This document shows positions 1 through 10,189 of a stretch of 64,000 nt of DNA, piece after piece (position 1 is the first letter of the stretch; each line of letters opens with the position of its first letter). The DNA is from Nitrosopumilaceae archaeon (lineage in GTDB: Archaea; Thermoproteota; Nitrososphaeria; Nitrososphaerales; Nitrosopumilaceae), in NCBI GenBank assembly GCA_965209085.1, contig OZ242376.1:32001-96000 (forward strand), read 5' to 3'. Both the position numbers and the translations under genes were made by a program. The notes under the pieces were generated by a model. It ran no database searches. It was given only the letters and a program-made list of their open reading frames with translations, and had not been told where the DNA came from.

Positions 1-18
1 AAAGAGTACAGCTGTGTC

Positions 19-495
19 ATGTCCAGCGCCGTTATCGAGACCAACCATGGCAGTATAAAAATAAACTTGTTGCCCGAACTTGCCCCCGAGACTGTCCGTA
101 ATTTTACAAAACTGGCCCAGTCCGGTTTTTATGACGGCACACTCTTTCACAGAATCATACCCGGCTTTATGATACAGGGAGGGGATCCCAATACAAAAGG
201 CAAGGAAAAACATACGTGGGGCGCCGGAGGACCAGGATATGCGCTAAAGGCTGAATTTAGTTCCCGTGCGCACAAAAGGGGCATCGTATCCATGGCTAGA
301 TCGCAGGATCCTGACAGTGCCGGCTCACAATTTTTCATAGTAACAACAGACAGCGCATTTTTGGATCACCAGTACACGGTTTTTGGTGAAGTATCTGACG
401 GCATGGAAACTGCAGATACGATTGTGAAATTACAGAGGGATGGAAACGATTGTCCTTTACAGAACGTAAAAATGACCAAAATTACGGTAACATAG
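19..495 (+). CDS. ppiA: Cyclophilin-type peptidyl-prolyl cis-trans isomerase
   Basis: FHRIIPGFMIQGGDP and SMAR...SAGSQFFI cyclophilin motifs. Confidence 0.95.
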   Translation: MSSAVIETNHGSIKINLLPELAPETVRNFTKLAQSGFYDGTLFHRIIPGFMIQGGDPNTKGKEKHTWGAGGPGYALKAEFSSRAHKRGIVSMARSQDPDSAGSQFFIVTTDSAFLDHQYTVFGEVSDGMETADTIVKLQRDGNDCPLQNVKMTKITVT

Positions 496-497
496 TA

Positions 498-1391
498 ATG
501 TACGTCAGTATGTTATTGCTAGCCGCATGTGCTATTGTTTTAACAATGCATGCCGCATACGGACAGTTGTTGGCAGAACCTGCTGTAAATGAAAATATTA
601 ACGTGGCAATAAGTTTGAATGGAACAGTTTACGTAACGCATGAGGTATCCAATAAACGGCTGGATTCTCCAGTTGTGCTAGTTGATGGAACAGTTTCTGA
701 AATACATGTTACGGATGTTAATGGGGAGATGCTTGTATACACATTTTCTGATTCAGAGGGAACAATAACGGTTGCAGATGATGATTATGCTGTCATAAAA
801 TACAAGCTTGAAGATGCGCTATTCAAAAAAAATGGAGCGTGGGTCTGGAGTTTAAATCATCCTGGAAGTGTAAAATTTTCATATCCGGAGGGAGTGGATC
901 TTGTATTTATCAACGATACGCCAATAAATGTAAGCGGCAAATCAGAATACATCCAGTGCCACGGATGCTTTATGGACATGACGTATGTGATAGATGAACC
1001 CGAATACGTACTGACGGTAAAATGGGAGGATCGCATCTTTATGCCAAAGGTGCGGACGGTAGGAAATATTGATACAGTGGATTTCAAACAAAATGAAAAA
1101 AGCATCAGCTTTGATTATGAGGGAGAACACTTTGTCACAGTGGAAATGCCAAAGGAGCTTTTGTGGAATCCGTACCAGGTCTTTCTTGGGGATGCACAGA
1201 TTCTAAATCATCAGATTGAAAGGGGAGAGAATACAGTTTGGATTACATTCAAACCGGCAGAGTCTGGCACCGTCACAATAACAGGCGTCTCAGTGATTCC
1301 TGAAATTCCCGCAGGAGCGCTTGTTTTAGTAACAATTGTAGGTATGAGCTCGGCGGTAATAATTGGTAAAAGAATTTCTAATCTCCCGTAG
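498..1391 (+). CDS. Secreted/surface protein with PEF(G)-CTERM-like sorting signal
   Basis: N-terminal signal peptide from ATG 498; C-terminal VIPEIP + hydrophobic helix + basic residues (GKR). Confidence 0.7.
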   Translation: MYVSMLLLAACAIVLTMHAAYGQLLAEPAVNENINVAISLNGTVYVTHEVSNKRLDSPVVLVDGTVSEIHVTDVNGEMLVYTFSDSEGTITVADDDYAVIKYKLEDALFKKNGAWVWSLNHPGSVKFSYPEGVDLVFINDTPINVSGKSEYIQCHGCFMDMTYVIDEPEYVLTVKWEDRIFMPKVRTVGNIDTVDFKQNEKSISFDYEGEHFVTVEMPKELLWNPYQVFLGDAQILNHQIERGENTVWITFKPAESGTVTITGVSVIPEIPAGALVLVTIVGMSSAVIIGKRISNLP

Positions 1392-1530
1392 AGCCGCATC
1401 CGCACATGTCGTATTCGTCTATACGTACATTGCACAGTGGACATTTTTCGCCGTAATCAACTTCCCAAGACTCTTTGCCAAACAATCGGAGATGATCGTT
1501 AATTTCTTCTGGGATCTCTTTTTCTGGCAT
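1378..1530 (-). CDS. Small Cys-rich (zinc-binding) hypothetical protein
   Basis: 50 aa MPEKEIPEEINDHLRLFG...CPLC...CGC; start refined from ORF 1378..1704. Confidence 0.65.
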   Translation of the reverse strand: MPEKEIPEEINDHLRLFGKESWEVDYGEKCPLCNVRIDEYDMCGCGSTGD

Positions 1531-1648
1531 ACATTGTATGTAATGCTGCCATATATTACAGTTAGAGAGTTGTTTTATATGAAAAATCTGTAAACTGCAA
1601 CATATTGTCCTCACAGTGCTAAAATACGGGATAGCCAGATAAAATCTC

Positions 1649-1849
1649 ATGGAATGCGGTTGCCACTGCATAAAATGTAACAGTACAAAAATAAATTTTA
1701 ACAAAGTTGGCGAGACTGAAAAGGACGGATACTATGACATGCATCATACGTGTCTTGAATGCGGGATTCATTTTGATCACCTAGATGGAACCGTCTTTGA
1801 CTCGTGCAGTATATGCAGCTATGCGCAAGCACCAGATCAAGAAAAATAG
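1649..1849 (+). CDS. Small zinc-finger hypothetical protein
   Basis: Three CxxC pairs (CIKC, CLEC, CSIC) plus His residues. Confidence 0.65.
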   Translation: MECGCHCIKCNSTKINFNKVGETEKDGYYDMHHTCLECGIHFDHLDGTVFDSCSICSYAQAPDQEK

Positions 1850-1908
1850 ACATCATGTGCGGTATTTTCATACTTTGGGGTAAAAAAGACCTATTGTGAC
1901 ATACAAAT

Positions 1909-2382
1909 ATGCAGAAAGCGTGGCCAGTAAAAAAAAAGAGATCCGGTAAAAAGATCTCTCTTGCACTAGTTTTAATCCTAAGTTTGGCAGTTTTTGGATA
2001 TTCACAATATTCTGCGGTAACTGCCATATCCTCCACGATAATGGACAGCCAGGAATTGGGCGCTGTTCCGTTGGGTTACATGTATGAGTTACAGATTGGT
2101 TTTGAAAATCCATCCATACTTACACTGCCTGCAGGAGAGACAGAATTTACAATCTCAGCAGACGGAGAAAATATAGGGTATGGAAAACTTGATCCGTTTT
2201 ATCTTCCCGCCATGGGAGAGGGTACTGCATACGGAAAATATACCGTATACGATGGTTCAAGCGAGGTCAGCGGTACAGTAAAGATCAGCGGAGTGACCAG
2301 CTATGATCTGTACATTACCACTTTGGACATACCATTTGTCTATTATCCAACAGATGAGCAGCAAAGTAAATTTATGAGATAA
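1909..2382 (+). CDS. Membrane-anchored LEA/WHy-like beta-sandwich protein
   Basis: Basic N-terminus, TM helix, FENPS motif. Confidence 0.6.
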   Translation: MQKAWPVKKKRSGKKISLALVLILSLAVFGYSQYSAVTAISSTIMDSQELGAVPLGYMYELQIGFENPSILTLPAGETEFTISADGENIGYGKLDPFYLPAMGEGTAYGKYTVYDGSSEVSGTVKISGVTSYDLYITTLDIPFVYYPTDEQQSKFMR

Positions 2383-2396
2383 ACTGCAGTTTTATC

Positions 2397-3290
2397 ATGC
2401 TTACAGTATTTGGTTCGGTAGCCTTTGATACGATAAGAACTCCCACAAGGATGCTGCAATGCGAGATGGGCGGGGCGGCCACGTATGCGGGCATCTCTGC
2501 TAGCTTTTTCACAAAGATAGGACTGTTGGCGGTAATAGGTAGAGACTTTCCAAAAAAATATTCAAACGCTCTAGCAAAACGCATGAATTTGCGGGGTTTG
2601 AGCGTCAAAAAAGGCAAAACATTCCGATATGATGGCAAATACGACAAGACGCTACAAACTAGAACAACGCTAAAGACGGAACTGAACGTTCTGGGGGATT
2701 TTAAAGCGACCGTACCGGACGAATATAAAAAATCCAGATTTGTATATCTGGCAAACAACGATCCCGAACAGAACGTAAGAGTGCTTGGGGAATTTGACAG
2801 GATAAAATTTTCAATGTGCGATACGATTGATTTTTGGATTCATACAAAACGTGCGGCCGTAAAAAAAATGATTGCATCAGTTGATGCTGTAGTGATAAAC
2901 GACGAGGAGGCAAGACTGCTTACAAAAGAGTACAACCTTGTGCTGTGTGCAAAAAAAATCTCAAAGATGGGGGCAAAATACGTCATAATCAAAAAGGCAG
3001 AACATGGCTCGCTCTTTTTTTATGAGGATACAATCTTTGCAAGTCCGGGATTTCCCATTCCCGATCCGATAGATCCTACGGGTGCCGGAGACTCTTTTGC
3101 AGGGGCCATAATCGGACACATGGCAAATGCCGGTTCGTCAACTCCTGCTGCGATAAAAAAAGCCATCACGTATGGCAACGTAATGGGATCCATAACGGTT
3201 CAAGGATACGGCACTGCCCCCCTGTTACGCCTGAAAAAATCAGCGATTGAAAAACGGGCAAGAGAATACTGCAAAATTATCAGCGTCTAG
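2397..3290 (+). CDS. PfkB-family carbohydrate kinase
   Basis: GSVAFD, GGAATY, DPTGAGDSFAG signature. Confidence 0.92.
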   Translation: MLTVFGSVAFDTIRTPTRMLQCEMGGAATYAGISASFFTKIGLLAVIGRDFPKKYSNALAKRMNLRGLSVKKGKTFRYDGKYDKTLQTRTTLKTELNVLGDFKATVPDEYKKSRFVYLANNDPEQNVRVLGEFDRIKFSMCDTIDFWIHTKRAAVKKMIASVDAVVINDEEARLLTKEYNLVLCAKKISKMGAKYVIIKKAEHGSLFFYEDTIFASPGFPIPDPIDPTGAGDSFAGAIIGHMANAGSSTPAAIKKAITYGNVMGSITVQGYGTAPLLRLKKSAIEKRAREYCKIISV

Positions 3291-3326
3291 ATTAGCGTTT
3301 TAATATAGAGAAACGCACGATATGGT

Positions 3327-3662
3327 ATGAAAGGCGACATGTTAGATGAGATATTTTCAATGCAAAAAGGTCTGACAGATGCAATGGATCTCTCAAGTTA
3401 TCCGGATGATACGGAGGGTAGAATATCCAATTTGTGTACTGCCATAATGCATGAGGCAGTGGAGCTGCAAAGAACCACAAACTGGAAATGGTGGAAGACA
3501 CCCGTTGCATTTGATGCAGAGCATGCAAAAGAAGAGCTCATAGACATTTGGCATTTTGTGGTGCAGGCCTCACTAGAGCTTGGTTTAAAACCAAAAGACA
3601 TACTAGAAGAATACCGCAAAAAAAACGCCATAAACCACAAACGGCAGCGTGAAGGATACTAG
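3327..3662 (+). CDS. Dimeric all-alpha dUTPase/MazG-like nucleotide pyrophosphatase
   Basis: EAVEL...WKWWK...KEELIDIWHF...KNAINHKRQ..GY motifs. Confidence 0.85.
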   Translation: MKGDMLDEIFSMQKGLTDAMDLSSYPDDTEGRISNLCTAIMHEAVELQRTTNWKWWKTPVAFDAEHAKEELIDIWHFVVQASLELGLKPKDILEEYRKKNAINHKRQREGY

Positions 3663-4316
3663 CTATTTTATGTGAGAATCAATCTGTTTTTGCGTGGGTC
3701 TGTGCTTGCCTGTTACGATATAGTTTATCGCATCGCTCATGTATACTGCGTGATCTCCAATTCTCTCAAGGTACCGCAGCAACAGCGCCTCTGCTAGGGC
3801 ACATTTGGTATCCTTGGATTTGATAAGGGCGGGCAGGCGGTTTTTGTACAGGCGGTCTATGAATTCCTCATTTTCGTATATTCTCTCAGCCTTGCGTATG
3901 TCAAGTTCTGCAAAAGAGCGTACTGCATCCTGTATCATGTGTTTTACTTTTTTTGAAATTTCAAGCAGTGGGGCGTTTTTGCAGTCAGATACGTCGCCAA
4001 AAACCTCACGCAGCTGCGTAATGTCGTATGCATAACGGCCAAACCTGGAATATGCGTACGATATTTCCGTGCACGAACGGATCATTCTAAAATCGTCCGC
4101 TACAGGCTGGTATTTTAGCATCATGTCGAATGTGAGATCTTCTACCTGAAAATATTTTTGGCGTATCTGATCCGATATATCGTGCACTTTGTCGCTGTTA
4201 GATGATCCTAGCAGATACGAATCAGTCGCAAGCGAGATGCACTGTACGGCCATCTCCCCCATCTCGGACATTATTACGGAGAGTTTTTCAAGTGAAGAAT
4301 CTATCAGGCGCGTCAT
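3663..4316 (-). CDS. phoU: Phosphate uptake regulator PhoU
   Basis: QPVADDFR and RYLERIGDHA motifs; last gene of pst operon. Confidence 0.93.
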   Translation of the reverse strand: MTRLIDSSLEKLSVIMSEMGEMAVQCISLATDSYLLGSSNSDKVHDISDQIRQKYFQVEDLTFDMMLKYQPVADDFRMIRSCTEISYAYSRFGRYAYDITQLREVFGDVSDCKNAPLLEISKKVKHMIQDAVRSFAELDIRKAERIYENEEFIDRLYKNRLPALIKSKDTKCALAEALLLRYLERIGDHAVYMSDAINYIVTGKHRPTQKQIDSHIK

Positions 4317-5134
4317 TATCCAAACTGCCCCTGTACGTATTTTGCGGTAAGATCATCATGCGGATCGGTAAACAGTTTTTTTGTTTCGCGAAATTCTATT
4401 AGTTTTCCAAGATACATGAATCCTGTATAATCGGAGACGCGCACAGCCTGCTGCATGTTGTGCGTGACTATGATGATGGTAAATTCCTGTTTTAGCTCGT
4501 TTATCGTCTCTTCTATCTTTTGCGTCGCTATCGGGTCAAGCGCAGAAGCTGGCTCGTCCATGAGCAAAACTTCCGGCTGTATTGCAAGGGCCCGTGCGAT
4601 ACAGAGTCTCTGCTGCTGTCCGCCGGAGAGCTCTATGGCAGGTTTTTTTAGATCATTATACACCTCATCCCACAGATATGCCAGCTTTAGCGAATCTTCG
4701 GCAATCTCGAAGAGTATTTTTTTGTCGCGTATTCCGTTTAAGCGCAGACCTGCCACCACGTTGTCAAATATCGACATTGTGGGAAACGGATTTGGTTTTT
4801 GAAACACCATTCCAACCTTGCGCCGGTGGTAAATCGGATCCACGGATTTTGAGTACAAATCAGCACCGTCTATTGAAACGCTGCCAGTAACTTTGGCGTT
4901 TTTTGTCATATCGTGCATGCGGTTAAGACAGCGCAAAAACGTTGTCTTGCCGCAGCCGGAGGGTCCTATCAGGGCGGTGACTGATTTTTCCTTGAACTTC
5001 ATGGTGACATTTTCTACCGCAGGTACGCCACCGTACGTAACGGTCACGTTTTCTGCAATCATTTTGAAATTTGTCTCTGATTTTTTATCAGATGAGATAT
5101 GCTGGGGTTTTAAATCGCGTATTGTGGTGCTCAT
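4316..5134 (-). CDS. pstB: Phosphate ABC transporter ATP-binding protein
   Basis: GPSGCGKT Walker [26 protein letters not shown]. Confidence 0.97.
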   Translation of the reverse strand: MSTTIRDLKPQHISSDKKSETNFKMIAENVTVTYGGVPAVENVTMKFKEKSVTALIGPSGCGKTTFLRCLNRMHDMTKNAKVTGSVSIDGADLYSKSVDPIYHRRKVGMVFQKPNPFPTMSIFDNVVAGLRLNGIRDKKILFEIAEDSLKLAYLWDEVYNDLKKPAIELSGGQQQRLCIARALAIQPEVLLMDEPASALDPIATQKIEETINELKQEFTIIIVTHNMQQAVRVSDYTGFMYLGKLIEFRETKKLFTDPHDDLTAKYVQGQFG

Positions 5135-6054
5135 GTCCGTCTCTGATCCCTTTGTCTAATGATGCTGCCGATCATACCGCCTTTTTGGCCCAGTACAAAA
5201 TAGCGCACCGCAATGTTTACTGCCAGTATGATTAGTATTAGGACTAGTGCTGCACCCCATCCCTGCATCTGCGCGCTATCATACGGCAAAAGTGAGAGGC
5301 GCCATATACGCAGCGGCAGGGCGTCCATTGGAACATCAAAACCTGCAAAGAACTGGCTGCTTCCAAGTATCGTCATTATCAGCGGAGCAGTCTCCCCTCC
5401 GATGCGCGCTACGGAAAGCAGTATGCCAGTAACCATGCCAGATTTTGCAGCAGTGAGCACTATTCTAATCGTAATTACCCACCGCTTCAGACCCAGTGCC
5501 ATGCCAGCTTCCCTGTACGTAATGGGGACAAGTTTTAGCGATTCTTCGGTGGTTCTTGCCACTATTGGAAACATTATCAGCGATAGTGCAAACGCGCCGG
5601 CCCATACGGAAAAATGCCCAAGCAAAAGCACTATAACCATGAATGCAAATATTCCAAGGACTATTGACGGAAATTCCATAAAGACGTCGTTGAAAAACCG
5701 CACCAATTTTGCAAGTCGGTTGTCCCCGAATTCTGCAAGAAAAATTCCGGACATGACTCCTATTGGAACGCCGATAATACTGGAGAGTCCAATTACAATC
5801 AGCGTTCCCTGTATTGCCGGACCGATTCCTCCATCTCCTGTACCTATGGCTCCTGGAGTCTGGGTCAGAAACTCTAGGGATATGGCAGCGGCTCCGTTTC
5901 GGAAAACCTCCACGAGTATGCTGCCCAGCGGAATTATGGCAGCTATTACGCAACATATTACTATTAACCGGACTATGCGGTCGACTATGAGGCGTTTTTC
6001 CACGTTTTGTTTAAAGAGTGTACGGTAAAACGCCCTCTTTTCCTGATAATTCAA
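5131..6054 (-). CDS. pstA: Phosphate ABC transporter permease PstA
   Basis: Multi-TM; [16 protein letters not shown] motifs. Confidence 0.95.
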   Translation of the reverse strand: MNYQEKRAFYRTLFKQNVEKRLIVDRIVRLIVICCVIAAIIPLGSILVEVFRNGAAAISLEFLTQTPGAIGTGDGGIGPAIQGTLIVIGLSSIIGVPIGVMSGIFLAEFGDNRLAKLVRFFNDVFMEFPSIVLGIFAFMVIVLLLGHFSVWAGAFALSLIMFPIVARTTEESLKLVPITYREAGMALGLKRWVITIRIVLTAAKSGMVTGILLSVARIGGETAPLIMTILGSSQFFAGFDVPMDALPLRIWRLSLLPYDSAQMQGWGAALVLILIILAVNIAVRYFVLGQKGGMIGSIIRQRDQRRT

Positions 6055-7028
6055 TTGTTAATTGCACCCTCCCTTACGTGGAGCATACGGGTTACCAGCA
6101 CATGCGCCACTATGTTGATGCATATTGCCATTCCCAAAAGCACCAAGCCGACTCCTATTAGTGCCGGCAGATGCAGTGAAGCTGGAGACGCTTCGACAAA
6201 TTCATTGGCAATTATGCTGGACATTGTCTGTCCGGGTCCAAAGAGCGATTCGGGTATGGCGTTTATTCCGGTTGCATTCCCAATCAGCATTGTAACTGCT
6301 ATCGTCTCGCCAACAGCCCTTCCCAGTCCGAGAATAGAGGCTCCAATCAGACCGGTTTTTGCATACGGAAACATTGCAAGCCTGAACATCTCCCATCTGG
6401 TGGCTCCGAGCATGTATGCTGCCTCCCGCTGCTGCTGCGGAACGGCCATCAAAACTTCACGCGATACAGCAGAGACGGTGGGAATTATCATTATGGCAAG
6501 CACCACGCTGGCCGTTAGTATGTCAAGACCCAGCGGCGTACCAGAAAAAAGCCAGATGCTATCTCCAAACATGTCGTTTAGCGGTTTTTCAATAAATCCT
6601 CGAAAATGAACCCGAAATACGTACAGGCCCCACAGTCCGTATATGACGCTGGGAACTGCCGCAAGCAGCTCTACAATGAATCCCAGGGGATTTCCAATTT
6701 TTGGCGGTGCATCAGAGACAAACATTGCTATTCCTATGCTAAGCGGAACACCGATTGCCATTGCAAGTGCGGATGTAATCAGCGTGCCAATTATGTACGG
6801 CATAACGCCAAATGATTCGCGCCCTTCGACCGGATTCCAGTCCGTTCCGGTTACAAATCCAAATCCCTCCTCAACCCATATGGGGTATGATGCAAAGGAG
6901 AGCTGGAATACTATCAGTACTATAACGACAAGAACGTAAACTCCTGCCACAGTGGCGCCTATCTTGAAGAGTTTGTCTGAATCAAACCTGCGAATTCCTT
7001 TATGTTTTATCGGTATGTTTTTTTTCAT
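6051..7028 (-). CDS. pstC: Phosphate ABC transporter permease PstC
   Basis: ELLAAVPSVIYGLWG, LGLGRAVGETIAV motifs. Confidence 0.95.
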   Translation of the reverse strand: MKKNIPIKHKGIRRFDSDKLFKIGATVAGVYVLVVIVLIVFQLSFASYPIWVEEGFGFVTGTDWNPVEGRESFGVMPYIIGTLITSALAMAIGVPLSIGIAMFVSDAPPKIGNPLGFIVELLAAVPSVIYGLWGLYVFRVHFRGFIEKPLNDMFGDSIWLFSGTPLGLDILTASVVLAIMIIPTVSAVSREVLMAVPQQQREAAYMLGATRWEMFRLAMFPYAKTGLIGASILGLGRAVGETIAVTMLIGNATGINAIPESLFGPGQTMSSIIANEFVEASPASLHLPALIGVGLVLLGMAICINIVAHVLVTRMLHVREGAINN

Positions 7029-8263
7029 TATTCCACCCGCAGTATTCCGTTGGAGATCAGATACTGGAGGTTGTTAATGTATTCAGAATCAGTAATTTCT
7101 CCATTAATCCAAAACTGGGCGACTGTACGGAACCAATCAGGCAGTATTACCTTTGGTGTCGCATCATAATTCCATAAAGTTTCGCCCTCGTATGTTATCT
7201 GCGAGAGCGCATCCATGCCAATCTTTACTACAGTATCAGAGATTGGAACGTAAAGCAGATCCGGAGAGAATGACTGGCCGGTAGTCAGCATCCAATGTAT
7301 CATGTATACAAGTGCCTGCGCCTGCTCTTTGGACTTTGTTGTTTGTGATATCTCAGCATACACCAAAAGATACGTAAAGCTGGAAATAGGATACGAGTTA
7401 TCACCTGGGGCATTTACCAGGGAGACTTTGCTCCAGTCACTGCCAGGTTCTGGCAGCGTATGTGCTACAGCCTGCGAGGCTGCGAATATTGAATCCAAAC
7501 TTGGTTCTATGAATGCTGTACCATCGCCGTTTTGAACGTACGCAAAGGACATGCCTGTTTGGAATGCGTATGCAAGTTCTACGTATCCTATGGTATATTC
7601 TGTGCTTCGTATTATTCCTGCAACGCCTTCATTACCTGCCGCACCGTGCGTGCGGGCAGGCCACTGTACGCTTTTGCCTTTTCCTACGGCGAGATCAAAG
7701 TCCGGATTTACTGTTGTAAGATAGTCGGTAAATACAAACGTGGTTCCTGAGCCGTCCGAACGCCTCACAGGAACAATCTTTTCATCCGGCAAATTTATTC
7801 CAGGATTATTTTTGGCTATATTCTCGTCGTTCCATTTTGTAATTTCTCCAAGATATATTTTTGCCAAAATTTCCCCGTCAAATTTCAGACCGCTGTTTGG
7901 AATTTCCGGTATGTTGTATGCCACGACAACTCCGCCGATAGTTTCCGGTATGTGCAATGTGCCCGGAGTCAGTTTGGCTTCTGATGTTTTTAGAGGAGCG
8001 TCAGTAGCTGCAAAATTTACCGTCTTTGCAATATGCTGCTGTACACCGCCGCCGCTGCCGATGGACTGGTAATTTAGATGCAGATCATCAAAAGTTGCTT
8101 TGGCAATTTCCACGCGCCACAAGTCTATGAGCGGGTACGGAAACGTGGCTCCTGCGGCGTTGATCGTGTACGAGCCAGATACAAGTTCCGGACTGTCGGC
8201 AAAAGCCAAAAGCGGCATGGAAAATACCAGTGTTGCAAGAATACCCAAAAGTGTTATCTTCAC
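7028..8263 (-). CDS. pstS: Phosphate-binding protein PstS with extra C-terminal thaumarchaeal surface motif
   Basis: GATFPYP, YQSIGSGGG, RSDGSGTT, YPISSFTY; C-terminus LPDWFRTVAQFWINGEITDSEY. Confidence 0.95.
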   Translation of the reverse strand: MKITLLGILATLVFSMPLLAFADSPELVSGSYTINAAGATFPYPLIDLWRVEIAKATFDDLHLNYQSIGSGGGVQQHIAKTVNFAATDAPLKTSEAKLTPGTLHIPETIGGVVVAYNIPEIPNSGLKFDGEILAKIYLGEITKWNDENIAKNNPGINLPDEKIVPVRRSDGSGTTFVFTDYLTTVNPDFDLAVGKGKSVQWPARTHGAAGNEGVAGIIRSTEYTIGYVELAYAFQTGMSFAYVQNGDGTAFIEPSLDSIFAASQAVAHTLPEPGSDWSKVSLVNAPGDNSYPISSFTYLLVYAEISQTTKSKEQAQALVYMIHWMLTTGQSFSPDLLYVPISDTVVKIGMDALSQITYEGETLWNYDATPKVILPDWFRTVAQFWINGEITDSEYINNLQYLISNGILRVE

Positions 8264-8383
8264 ATTATACGTATATTTTGAAATTTATTTATGGTTAACA
8301 GATATAGAATAACAGAACACCATATACTATATAGCCGGAACCGTCTGCGTCGAGTTTATAACCATTTTATGCGTTAATCACAC

Positions 8384-9430
8384 ATGGATACTGCCGAAAA
8401 GATAAAGCTCGTAACCCGGCCACCCACTATGGAGGTTGTAACTGCCGAAGAGCTAAATGCCCTGTTTGCCTCAAATCAGAGGCCAAAACACTATATCGGA
8501 TTGGAGATATCGGGATTTTTGCATCTTGGAAGTCTGATTAGCACCGGCTATAAGATTAATGATTTTGCCGACTCGGGTATGGACTGTACCGTTTTTCTAG
8601 CCGACTGGCATACCATGATAAACGACAAGATTGGAGGGGACATGGAAAAAATTTCCCTGATTTCAAAATATTACGAAGATGCATTCAAAGCTGTCTGTCC
8701 GCGCGCATCCATCGTGCGCGGCTCAGAGCTGTATGAGAAAACACCCGAATACTGGACAGAGCTTGTAAAATTAGCGCGCCATATGCCTCTGGCAAGAACA
8801 ATGCGCGCACTTACCATAATGGGCAGATCCGAGACGGTTAATACTGACCTTGCAAAGCTTCTCTATCCGGCCATGCAGGCAATGGACATACGGTTTTTGG
8901 ACGTGGATGTTGCACATTCGGGTATGGATCAGAGGAAGATACACATGCTTGTACGGGACATATTTCCAAAGATGGGTTGGAAAGTTCCAATTGCCGTACA
9001 CCACTCGCTACTTCCCGGACTCTCAAAACCCGTAGAACAGGATGCGGCAAAATCTGGTAAAATGAGCAAATCCAATCCGGATTCGGGAATATTCATGCAT
9101 GATGATGCACAGGTGATACGCTCAAAGATCAAAAAAGCATGGTGTGAATCCGGAATTGCCGAAGCAAATCCGCTGCTGGAGATTGTGCGGCAGGTGATAT
9201 TTCATGAAAACAAAGAGATTACCGTGGAAAGACCTGAAAAATTTGGCGGCAACGTCACGTATACGGAATTTGAACAGATACATACAGACTTTGCCAGCTC
9301 AAAGCTTCATCCCGGAGATCTAAAGGAAACGGTGTCAAAATACCTTATTCCCATCGTTACGGGTCTGGCACAAAAGTTCAGTATGGGTGATGATGTAAGA
9401 GATACAATTTTGGGTTATAGCTCATCCTAG
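8384..9430 (+). CDS. tyrS: Tyrosine--tRNA ligase (archaeal type)
   Basis: YIGLEISGFLHLG (HIGH-like), GMDQRKIH, KMSKS. Confidence 0.95.
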   Translation: MDTAEKIKLVTRPPTMEVVTAEELNALFASNQRPKHYIGLEISGFLHLGSLISTGYKINDFADSGMDCTVFLADWHTMINDKIGGDMEKISLISKYYEDAFKAVCPRASIVRGSELYEKTPEYWTELVKLARHMPLARTMRALTIMGRSETVNTDLAKLLYPAMQAMDIRFLDVDVAHSGMDQRKIHMLVRDIFPKMGWKVPIAVHHSLLPGLSKPVEQDAAKSGKMSKSNPDSGIFMHDDAQVIRSKIKKAWCESGIAEANPLLEIVRQVIFHENKEITVERPEKFGGNVTYTEFEQIHTDFASSKLHPGDLKETVSKYLIPIVTGLAQKFSMGDDVRDTILGYSSS

Positions 9431-10189
9431 ATTGTATTTTGACTTGTAACCGCGCGGATTTATCATGAGATCTTTGTAATTGTACGTGGATGAATTTCCC
9501 ACAATGACCGTGCTTATCATTCCAAGCTTGTCAGAATGATCCCCAAGATGTTCCAAATCCGTTACTACGACTGTCTGACTCTCGCGGAATGCCCCCTTTA
9601 TGATGGCTACGGGCGTCTGCGGTTTGCGATGTTTTAAAAGTATTTTTTGCGTATCTAGCAGCTGGTGTATCCGTTTTTTGCTGGACGGATTGTAAATCAC
9701 TATGACAAAGTCGCCTAATGCTGCCGCCTCTACGCGTTTTATAATAATTTCCCACGGTACGAGCAGATCGCTCATGCTGACTACTGCAAAATCCGTCATC
9801 AACGGAGAACCCACTATTGAAGCGCACGAGTTTAACGCTGAGACTCCGGGGATTACCTCTACAGGCATGCCCGATTTTGGATCCCAGTCTTGACCTGCAA
9901 GCACTTCGTATATGAGACCTGCCATGCCGTATATTCCCGGATCGCCGCTGGATACAAGTGAGACGGTTTTTCCAGAAAGTGCCAAGTCTATGCACTGATG
10001 GGCGCGTTCAACTTCCTGCGTCATGGCATAACGGTAGATGTCTTTTCCGGATATGAGATCCTTTACCAAATTTACATACGTCTCATAGCCGATGATGGTA
10101 TCGCTTTGAGCTATTGCCCACTTTGCACGTTCGGTCATATGATCATGGTGTCCAGGTCCCACTCCCACTATGAACAATTTGCCGGTCAT
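9422..10189 (-). CDS. cobJ: Precorrin-3B C17-methyltransferase
   Basis: VGVGPG, SSGDPGIYGMAG, DFAVVSMSDLLVPW, INPRGY. Confidence 0.93.
   Translation of the reverse strand: MTGKLFIVGVGPGHHDHMTERAKWAIAQSDTIIGYETYVNLVKDLISGKDIYRYAMTQEVERAHQCIDLALSGKTVSLVSSGDPGIYGMAGLIYEVLAGQDWDPKSGMPVEVIPGVSALNSCASIVGSPLMTDFAVVSMSDLLVPWEIIIKRVEAAALGDFVIVIYNPSSKKRIHQLLDTQKILLKHRKPQTPVAIIKGAFRESQTVVVTDLEHLGDHSDKLGMISTVIVGNSSTYNYKDLMINPRGYKSKYNLG

Noticed and set aside
5213-6609. Long antisense ORFs (5213..6028, 6007..6609; also 13729..14319, 30528..31169, 40577..41257, 43352..44023)
   Set aside because: Shadow frames opposite well-identified genes, with no motifs of their own
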